Source: an uncultured Parapedobacter sp. (GTDB lineage Bacteria > Bacteroidota > Bacteroidia > Sphingobacteriales > Sphingobacteriaceae). Taken from it: a stretch of 64,000 bases of DNA. A program made the translations under genes and the position numbers. Where the stretch lies: positions 18,787-82,786 of the forward strand of contig CAZCHE010000011.1 in the NCBI GenBank assembly GCA_964498395.1, read 5' to 3'. Under the pieces are notes generated by a model. That model did no database searches, was not told where the DNA came from, and worked only from the letters and a program-made list of their open reading frames with translations. This document shows positions 7,822-15,369 of this stretch, piece by piece (the stretch's first letter is position 1; every line of letters starts with the position of its first letter).

Positions 7822-8535
7822 TTACAATTTAAATAATTGAAGTTGCCCCTCTATTTTTCTTCTAGTCACTTTATCAGAAGTAGGATATGGTATTTCTATT
7901 ATGCACCAAACTGTATTATGGATATGAAAAATCATTGTCAATTTGTTTCCCCTTCGCCAATCTCTAACTACTATATATGAAAATACATTGTTCTGTATAT
8001 GAGTCCATTTTTTCAATCTAAACTTTTCGCTATATGTTAACATAAATATTTCAGCAGGTCTTGTTTCTTCGACTGTAAAGGGATAAAACCCCACACAATT
8101 AAAAGTAGATAAGCTTGGCACTTTTTTGTATTTGTGATAATATAAGCCTAGGGCATTTTTTTCAATTACTTTTTTTATTCGATTTTTTTCAACTCTGAAA
8201 TATACTCTTCCATTTTCATCTTGAATTAATGAATTTTCTATTCGGTCGTTAAGTTTTTTTGAACGTTTCCGTGCTTTGTAAACGGAGCCTCCATACTCCT
8301 TCCGTGCCAAAAGGTTAGGGTTGTCTGATATTTCAACTAGTACATTTAAAAAATATTCTTCATCAAGAGAGAAAGATTGATTACAATCTTTACACGCAGG
8401 TATAGTTAGCAAATTTTGGGGATAAGGTTTTTCCAACAAATTTTTTGATGGGATATGGTCTTTAGAGTTTGCTGGTTTCCCGCAATAATAACAATTGAAT
8501 TCCTTTTTCAATTTTTCACAAAAATTTACTGCCAA
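7822..8535 (-). CDS. HNH-type endonuclease domain protein with an uncharacterised C-terminal domain (TTG start)
   Basis: CYYCGKPANSKDHIPSKNLL...IPACKDCNQSF is a CxxC...H...CxxCN HNH zinc-finger-type arrangement. The only start upstream of the motif is TTG at 8535, with an in-frame TGA 7 codons further upstream. Confidence 0.5.
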   Translation of the reverse strand: MAVNFCEKLKKEFNCYYCGKPANSKDHIPSKNLLEKPYPQNLLTIPACKDCNQSFSLDEEYFLNVLVEISDNPNLLARKEYGGSVYKARKRSKKLNDRIENSLIQDENGRVYFRVEKNRIKKVIEKNALGLYYHKYKKVPSLSTFNCVGFYPFTVEETRPAEIFMLTYSEKFRLKKWTHIQNNVFSYIVVRDWRRGNKLTMIFHIHNTVWCIIEIPYPTSDKVTRRKIEGQLQLFKL

Positions 8536-8670
8536 CTCGCACCGATGCCCTCCAGAACATCAGTGCGAGTGGTGTCAGAAAGATATATCCGGGCAATTCA
8601 TCCGAGTAATTCTCAAATTTGGGTTTTTCAAGCCATTATTTCTTAGAATGGGGAGACAACAGCAGGGTGT

Positions 8671-9129
8671 TTAATCGGCTTCTTCTTCCCTAAGACCGTC
8701 CAGAATGGACTTTGGGTCGAATATCGGAAGATAATATTTGTTTATAAAGGCTCCTGCTGTCTTGGCAATAATGATTCCCCGGGCTGAAGAAATAGATATT
8801 CCCAATAAAGTGGCCAGCACATTGTCCGGCAATTTGAAACTACGTTCTTTTATTTCGATGTTCTCTTTTAGGTTATTGATAATAAACTCAAACGCCCCTT
8901 TGTAGGTTAGCAGCTTGACTGGGGGATTTTGTCCGTCATTGTAATCGTAAAAGAAATGCAGGTGTACGATGAACGACTCTTTTTCGATATCATGCGAGAA
9001 GTTGACACCAACGCCTACTTCAAGATTATCTTCGCTAAATTTTTCGATAAACACGTCATCGGGCTCCTTAAATGTTACCTCTTCGGTTTTAACGTGGTGT
9101 AATTTGACATATATTGCAGGCTTGCCCAT
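8671..9129 (-). CDS. SecB-like chaperone (third component of a TAC system)
   Basis: The 152-aa protein is collinear by eye with E. coli SecB. [22 protein letters not shown] matches [32 protein letters not shown] matches [46 protein letters not shown] matches [33 protein letters not shown]. Confidence 0.5.
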   Translation of the reverse strand: [152 protein letters not shown]

Positions 9130-9133
9130 GATA

Positions 9134-9595
9134 TTAATTATAGCAGAACTCTATTGCGTTTTTTGAATGGCTCTCGGAGGGGTCAATCGCATAGCCTTTA
9201 AACTGTGCGAATTTGAAATTTTTAGAAATCTCCGTATCTAGTCTAGCATATTGTTGGTGGATGCCCATCACAATCCCCAAATAGGCCACGTCGGAAAACT
9301 TCGCTTCTTGTTCCAATCCAAAGCGATCTTCATTAATATGCCTACGAATATCTTTGTATGCGAGTATAGGCACTTTGTCAAAAGCCAAAGCTAATTCCAC
9401 CAACTTGCTTACCTTATGGTCAAAGTCACCGTTTAGGATTTGGGTGATATATCCTTTTGATACGCCAAGTTTTTCAGCAAGCTGCGTACGGTTGAGTTTG
9501 TTTTTGGCCATGTATTCGTTGATTAATTCAAACAAATCCAACTGGATTTTAGTCGTCCAATATTCCTTGCTCCTTAATAGTTCTTCCCTTTTCAT
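9134..9595 (-). CDS. higA: XRE-family HTH antitoxin (HigA-like) with a C-terminal extension
   Basis: LNRTQLAEKLGVSKGYITQILNG is an HTH_XRE motif. About 60 extra residues follow the HTH, and only a 4-nt gap separates it from the upstream toxin gene. Confidence 0.65.
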   Translation of the reverse strand: MKREELLRSKEYWTTKIQLDLFELINEYMAKNKLNRTQLAEKLGVSKGYITQILNGDFDHKVSKLVELALAFDKVPILAYKDIRRHINEDRFGLEQEAKFSDVAYLGIVMGIHQQYARLDTEISKNFKFAQFKGYAIDPSESHSKNAIEFCYN

Positions 9596-9599
9596 GTAT

Positions 9600-9989
9600 C
9601 TATTTGATATCTAAAACTTTAACTAATTCTTTCTTTATCGATCTGAATCGATTAATGTCTTTTTCTTGATTGTTCTTAAAGCCACACAACACGATTATTT
9701 TTCCTCCCTTTTGATGAACGGCATATATTCGCAAATGTTTGCTCTTAAACTCATATTCCTTTATGCCGTCTTTTACCCCTTTGAGTTCCCGAAATTTGGT
9801 TTGGGGCAACGGTTTGTTATTCGCTACAAACTCCATATAGGTGAGCATTGTCCTGAACTCACTTAAATAGGAAGTACCTGCAAGTTCCTCTTCAAATGTA
9901 TCAAGCTGTTTCACACCATTAATTTCCACTTGGCAAAATATCTGTTTGCCTTTTATGGCCTCGATTTCATGGAGTACAAATTTAGGCAT
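9600..9989 (-). CDS. higB: RelE/ParE-superfamily toxin (HigB / Gp49-like)
   Basis: FRELKGVKDGIKEYEFKSKHLRIYAVHQKGGKIIVLCGFKNNQEKD matches the Gp49/HigB pattern (..l.g..gl.E.r....yRi.y.....ivll.gf.K). Confidence 0.65.
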   Translation of the reverse strand: MPKFVLHEIEAIKGKQIFCQVEINGVKQLDTFEEELAGTSYLSEFRTMLTYMEFVANNKPLPQTKFRELKGVKDGIKEYEFKSKHLRIYAVHQKGGKIIVLCGFKNNQEKDINRFRSIKKELVKVLDIK

Positions 9990-10049
9990 AATTTGTTTAG
10001 TTGTAGCTAAACTTTCGATTTTTACAATTTGCTTACTTTATTGCAGTGT

Positions 10050-11009
10050 TTAAAATGGTAAATCATCGTCATCAGAGTATACAACGTTTTCTGCTGAATA
10101 TTTAGCCCAGTCATCGTTCCAGTCTGTTTTTCGATAAAATTTTAGCTTCCCATCTTCGTCAAAAATATTGCTATTAATGGATAGCAAATAGACTTTGTTA
10201 TTCTGTGTTCTTTTAAATTCCTGGATATCTTCAAACGGTAGTGAGTCGCTTTCATAACCATAAGCTTTCATAAATGCGGCTAAATCCTCCAAAGCCTCCA
10301 CATAGAAATTATATCTGATATTCAAGGACGATTTTATAAACTCGGTAAGAGGGTGTGTTACCATAAGGATTCTGTTAATTTCTTCGGCTTGATCCTTATT
10401 CTCAGCACTTAGATAATTTACTAGCTTGTTCAACGTTTGTGCTGTTTTCTCTAATCCTTTTATAAGATTCACTTCTTGAACCCTAGATTGCTCCTGTAGA
10501 AATCTTTGGAATAAACCAGCCAATTGCTCTTTCAGATATTTAGTGATGTCTGAGACGGTATCGAACCCTTTGATGTTGTTATTGACACTTAAGGTCTTAA
10601 TATCTTCAATGAAAGTGTAAATCCTGTTGTCATCGACATATCGATAAGTAACATCGGCATCTTTGTTTAACAAATACGTTTCATATTCAGACAAGACATG
10701 GCTTTCGATGAATATATATACTTGTTTATTAGTTTCTAAAGCGGCCTTTATTTCAGCTTGGGATACAGAAGAGTCATGTTTCTTTGATTCAGAGCCATAC
10801 CTTCCACCAATGATGGCAACCAATATGTCTACACTCTCAATCTCTTTATAGCAATAAGCTTCAAGCGCATCGTCCTTTCCGTAGGGTATATCTCCCTCTT
10901 CATTTCTTACAGGTTCGTAGCCTAATTGATCCAAAAATAAATCAAGGTCAGCCCTCGTCTGTTTTAAGTCGTAAAAAGTTGAGCTAATAAATACTCTTGG
11001 TTTAGCCAT
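10050..11009 (-). CDS. DUF4062 domain protein (TIR-like/nucleoside deoxyribosyltransferase-like N-terminal fold) with an unknown C-terminal half
   Basis: The N-terminus PRVFISSTFYDLKQTRADLDLFLDQLGYEPV...VDILVAIIGGRYG is the DUF4062 signature. Confidence 0.6.
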   Translation of the reverse strand: MAKPRVFISSTFYDLKQTRADLDLFLDQLGYEPVRNEEGDIPYGKDDALEAYCYKEIESVDILVAIIGGRYGSESKKHDSSVSQAEIKAALETNKQVYIFIESHVLSEYETYLLNKDADVTYRYVDDNRIYTFIEDIKTLSVNNNIKGFDTVSDITKYLKEQLAGLFQRFLQEQSRVQEVNLIKGLEKTAQTLNKLVNYLSAENKDQAEEINRILMVTHPLTEFIKSSLNIRYNFYVEALEDLAAFMKAYGYESDSLPFEDIQEFKRTQNNKVYLLSINSNIFDEDGKLKFYRKTDWNDDWAKYSAENVVYSDDDDLPF

Positions 11010-11276
11010 TTCAAATTAATCTACTTATCTATTACTCTTTAACTCTTTCATCAAAGATACAATTTTTAGCATTGTTGGTAGATGTTTATTTTGAAATACG
11101 AATCCATTTTTCTACACAGTAAGGTTAAAAGTTGATAAGTTCTTATTTGCGAAACACTACGATTTCCGTAGTAAATCTCTAACAAAGACTAAAAACCTAG
11201 GCTATACCTACCAGATCCCGGCTTATAACCATTGTCAAATGCGAGACGGATGCGCTATGTTGGGGTAGAAGAGTAG

Positions 11277-12647
11277 TCATAGCTCGTCTATAACCTTATT
11301 AGCCAAATCGTTTAAAAAAGTTATAGGGTCTTTAGTCCTATTACCATCTTTGTAAAACAAAAGATCCATCAATTTTTTATTATCCATTATTTCGTCAACC
11401 AACTGTACGAAATAAGACAGATTATCGTTTAGAGCTTGTTTATTTTTATTTGTAATTTGTGGGTAATTCGTTGGATTTAAATTTACATAATAGCTATGCA
11501 TGTGAAATTGCCGAACAAAAAGAAGCGCTGCATATTTACTTATCCAATATTTAATATTGCCATCTGCACCGACCCCTTCCAAGTCGGGAAAAGGAAATTG
11601 AAAGGAAATGACTGGAATATTATAATCGTAAGGATCCCAGAACCACAAAAAAGCTTCGAATACCTCATCCATGGTTGTCGGCAATAATTTATACCTTGGT
11701 GGATATGACATCGTATAGTTAAATATGGTTCTGATTAGAGAGTATTCATTACTGTAAAGCAGCAATCCGCCCAACGCATAATGAAATTCGAAGAATATTC
11801 TTCTCTCTAGTTCTCTGCTTTTAACCTCTTTCTCATTTATGCATTTGTTTTGTTCATCGAATTCTTGTGAAAGCTGGGAAAGATGTGGGTCAATATATTG
11901 AAAGGCAATTTTCCAATACAATAAAACTAAATCAGGACGCTTTCGACTTAAAGCTAATGTCAATCCTTCCCAAAGCACTCTGTATGTAGTTTTGCTTATT
12001 TTATGATAACTATCCCCTAACAACCATTCTCCCCCAAAAACCATATACTGAAGATTAACATTATTATATTTGGGCTGATTGGAAATTAAGAACTGTAAAT
12101 CATATATCATACGATATAAAAGTTCATCATATACGAGTTCCTCATGTTTCTTGATATTGTTGGATTTTCTACAGTCTTTGAATAGATTCGTGAACCAACC
12201 AAGCAATTCGTTGCAGACAAAGCTAGAATCATGCTTAACCCCGTAATATAATAAATCTCTTAACTCAGAGAATAGTAGCTCGGATTTTGAGCGATTCAGC
12301 AAATATGACTTCAATTTACCCGGACTGTAGTAACTGAATATTGCTTCAGCAAAAAGCAAGAAAGAAAAAACCGTTACAATAGAGCTTAGAAGCAAACTCC
12401 AAATAACACTGTGAACAACATTTACACTGAAGCCAAAAACATTTCTTAATGAATATATAGCTATTATTGTTAATGCAAACCACAAGCTATATCGAAAGAA
12501 CTTCCATGCCCATTCTTTTTCAAAGAGATTTCTTATGGCTTCAGAAGAATACTTGTCGTCAATTCTGGCAATAACTTGTATAGATATTGGATATGCTATA
12601 CCCGTCAATGCGATAATAATAGGAATACAAATCTCAGGTATGGTCAT
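11277..12647 (-). CDS. Multi-pass membrane protein (3-4 N-terminal TM helices) with a ~350-aa cytoplasmic domain of unknown function
   Basis: Hydrophobic segments ICIPIIIALTGIAYPISIQVIA, LWFALTIIAIYSL and VIWSLLLSSIVTVFSFLLFAEAIF. I do not recognise any family for the remainder. Confidence 0.5.
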   Translation of the reverse strand: MTIPEICIPIIIALTGIAYPISIQVIARIDDKYSSEAIRNLFEKEWAWKFFRYSLWFALTIIAIYSLRNVFGFSVNVVHSVIWSLLLSSIVTVFSFLLFAEAIFSYYSPGKLKSYLLNRSKSELLFSELRDLLYYGVKHDSSFVCNELLGWFTNLFKDCRKSNNIKKHEELVYDELLYRMIYDLQFLISNQPKYNNVNLQYMVFGGEWLLGDSYHKISKTTYRVLWEGLTLALSRKRPDLVLLYWKIAFQYIDPHLSQLSQEFDEQNKCINEKEVKSRELERRIFFEFHYALGGLLLYSNEYSLIRTIFNYTMSYPPRYKLLPTTMDEVFEAFLWFWDPYDYNIPVISFQFPFPDLEGVGADGNIKYWISKYAALLFVRQFHMHSYYVNLNPTNYPQITNKNKQALNDNLSYFVQLVDEIMDNKKLMDLLFYKDGNRTKDPITFLNDLANKVIDEL

Positions 12648-12690
12648 TGAAATAATTTCATGATGAATAGAATCGCCGAACTAAAAAAAC

Positions 12691-13242
12691 TTATCTCAAC
12701 CTATACAAATACACCGAACCATTACCAAATTTATCGGCTCTTTGAAGAACGCCTTTTAAGTAAAGACGTCTAAGTTCTCTCGACAACTCTTGACTATCGA
12801 GGTCTCGTTTATATTGCTTAAGGCTGTATTCGGCAATTTCGCCAACGGTATGCCCTTCATCTGAAATAAATGAATCGGATAGCAATACATTACGGACAAA
12901 ACTAGCAACGCTATACTCACTTCTTCTATTGATAAAGAACTTTGCATTTTTTTGGTTTTCTTCATAGAACTTTTGGATGGTTGGAATTTTAAGCGGCGCT
13001 TTTAGAGCGATTGCCTTATTCATATATAGCCTTGCAATCTCGATTCCAAAGAAGTCAGCAATTTTCTTTGCCAACTTTGGAGAAATATTAGCTGCTCCCC
13101 TTTCAATCATGAGCGTGTAACTGATAGAAATTGATAGCGCAAAAGTTAGTCCTTCAATTGTCAAGCCCGCTTTAACCCTTAGGTGTTTAACGTTTTTACC
13201 AACTATAATTGGTACGTTTTCATTTCTTTCTGATACATCCAT
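12691..13242 (-). CDS. XRE-family HTH transcriptional regulator with a C-terminal winged-helix-like domain
   Basis: VKHLRVKAGLTIEGLTFALSISISYTLMIERGAANISPKLAKKIADFFG is an HTH_XRE motif. It lies 43 bp upstream of the membrane-protein gene on the same strand. Confidence 0.6.
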   Translation of the reverse strand: MDVSERNENVPIIVGKNVKHLRVKAGLTIEGLTFALSISISYTLMIERGAANISPKLAKKIADFFGIEIARLYMNKAIALKAPLKIPTIQKFYEENQKNAKFFINRRSEYSVASFVRNVLLSDSFISDEGHTVGEIAEYSLKQYKRDLDSQELSRELRRLYLKGVLQRADKFGNGSVYLYRLR

Positions 13243-13459
13243 TTACAAATGGACAATCAAATTTGTGTTCATTTTAAAGAATATTGTTTGTTTTTTTGAA
13301 AACACTTTTTTATCTTAGTCCCCATAAAACAAAGTAATTAGATATAGAGAAAATTTAACAGTATAGTTAAGAACAGTATTAACGAACCCTCGTAACAGAA
13401 ATCCGCTAAATTTCATCCTACGAGTGTGAGTATTGCGCCAAAGTCCTATCTTTGGATAC

Positions 13460-13632
13460 CTTATTTCCTAGGGTAGGGTTGGCGCTTGCTTATTCTTTGT
13501 AGGATTATTTGGTTCTTCGGAATCGATAAGGCTGAAAGCTGACCCTAGGCAGCAAGTAAGCCGAGGCCCTTAGCGGAGCCTCTGTTGCAAAGATAAGTAG
13601 GTAGCCAGCCCCCCTCTTTGAGGGTTTTTGTA
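13460..13632 (+). ncRNA. Candidate structured small RNA (family not recognised)
   Basis: A GC-richer patch in AT-rich spacer. It has long-range pairing cctagggt (13467-13474) with accctagg (13542-13549), a GGUUC-UUCG-GAAUC tetraloop hairpin (13511-13524), a gaggc/gcctc stem, and a short ccctc/gaggg stem plus T5 at 13612-13629. Confidence 0.2.
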
Positions 13633-13867
13633 AAGTTATCTATTTGGTTCGTTACTAACCGTAGCGAACAATGCAACTACAGAAAATAACTACCGGAATT
13701 AAATCCATCTCGACTTATCCAAATAGGGGGGAAGATGGTTTTGTGGCATCTAAACCGTGGGAAATCTCTACTGCAAACCTTCATAAAAACATCATCAAAG
13801 TGCCAGTTTGATTGGTGTAAGAAACCTGAATAAATTCCATTTTTCTTACACCTAAAATCAAACAACA

Positions 13868-15349
13868 ATGAAGCAAAAAATACGCTTAGGGGATAACTAT
13901 GCCCTGTTATATCGGTTGTCTGCCTACTGGCGCGACCAACTATCGGAGATATTCCGAAAACACAAACGAAAACCATCCAGTCGGAGGCGGTTTCATACCA
14001 AGCCAAAGAACGGGAGGCCGTCATTAGCTTCCCTTAAAGAAAAATCATGTGTGCAGACCCCTGCGAAGGTCCCGGCCCTCCCCGGGCTGGGCCTCGCAAT
14101 GGGGATAATGGCATTTGCATTGTCTGCTTTAAACATCCAGCTGCAAGCGCAGGATACTATAAAGCCCTTGCAAATCGGTGATACCATACCCGAATACGTC
14201 TGGCACTTGCCGCTACAGGTGGTAAACCATCCGGAAGGCAAGGAAACCATTACGCTCAATGACTATCGGGGCAAGCTGATTATACTGGATTTTTGGGCCA
14301 CGTGGTGTGGGAGTTGCATAAAGGCGTTTCCGCTTGTGGATTCCTTGGTACTATTACACCCTGAAATGCAGGTAGTGAAGGTGACGAAGGAAAACCTCGC
14401 CTCGTCACAAATTGAGTGGACATCTGTTATAAACGGCCACCCATTGGCGGAGGTATTCCCTTATCGGATAATTCCGCATTATGTATGGATAAATTCGGCG
14501 GGCGAGCTCCATGCGTTTTCAAAAACCGAACAACTTACATCATCCAACATCATCGACGCGCTAAACAATGAATCGCCAAATTTTACCGTCGTCAAGGATC
14601 TAAACGTCAAAATCGATAAGCCACTATTCCTTACAGAGGATTTCCAATCGGAAGGGCTGCAACATTATGCTGTGCTGTATAAAGGCAAATACGACGGGTT
14701 GGGAAGTGTGAGCCTATTCCGTAAGTCAGGCGATAAACTTACTGGGAGGACATTGGCGAACCGCCCACTGTATGACCTATATACCACTGTCGCCAGAGGT
14801 TTGTTGGAAAAGGAAGGACAGGCATTTGGTTTAAACCGAATCGTAACTGAGGTTAATGATAGTACAGGGCTCGCTATCCAACGGTCTTCAGTGACCCCTG
14901 ATAACCTGTACTCATACGACATCAGCGTTGCCCCTGAAAACGCGGGCCAATTGTTTGAGATTATGCTGGATGATCTCAACAGGCACACGCAATACCATGG
15001 CACAATCGAATGTCGTGTGCTGGATTGTTTTGTGTTGAAATTAACGGGAGATGAAGACAAGCTGGCCAGTAAAGGTGGTCCTGCCAGTTCAACGTTGAGG
15101 GTGAATACACCCATCTCGCTTAACAACTATCCGCTGCGTTACCTGGCTATTTTTCTGAATTCTTATAGCCAATTGCCGCATATTGTGCTGAATGAAACTG
15201 GGTATGAAGACCCTGTTGATATCCAACTGCAGCAGTTTACAACCGTAGACGATTTCAATAAACAGCTCAAAAAGTATGGGCTAGCCTTAGAAAAAGCCAG
15301 CCGATCAATCCCCATGTTCATCATCCGAGACAAATTACCTAACCGTTAA
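13868..15349 (+). CDS. TlpA-like thiol-disulfide oxidoreductase fused to a TIGR03435/DUF3738-like C-terminal domain (start uncertain; alternative ATG at 14099)
   Basis: LIILDFWATWCGSCIKAFP is a thioredoxin-fold CxxC motif. The C-terminus VLNETGYEDPVDIQL...LKKYGLALEKASRSIPMFIIRD resembles the TIGR03435 end pattern. Confidence 0.7.
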   Translation: MKQKIRLGDNYALLYRLSAYWRDQLSEIFRKHKRKPSSRRRFHTKPKNGRPSLASLKEKSCVQTPAKVPALPGLGLAMGIMAFALSALNIQLQAQDTIKPLQIGDTIPEYVWHLPLQVVNHPEGKETITLNDYRGKLIILDFWATWCGSCIKAFPLVDSLVLLHPEMQVVKVTKENLASSQIEWTSVINGHPLAEVFPYRIIPHYVWINSAGELHAFSKTEQLTSSNIIDALNNESPNFTVVKDLNVKIDKPLFLTEDFQSEGLQHYAVLYKGKYDGLGSVSLFRKSGDKLTGRTLANRPLYDLYTTVARGLLEKEGQAFGLNRIVTEVNDSTGLAIQRSSVTPDNLYSYDISVAPENAGQLFEIMLDDLNRHTQYHGTIECRVLDCFVLKLTGDEDKLASKGGPASSTLRVNTPISLNNYPLRYLAIFLNSYSQLPHIVLNETGYEDPVDIQLQQFTTVDDFNKQLKKYGLALEKASRSIPMFIIRDKLPNR

Positions 15350-15369
15350 CCAATACCTTAAAATCAATT

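Noticed and set aside
13677-14024. 115-aa minus-strand ORF upstream of, and overlapping, the TlpA-like gene
   Set aside because: It has no motifs, overlaps the 5' end of a supported gene, and is probably spurious.
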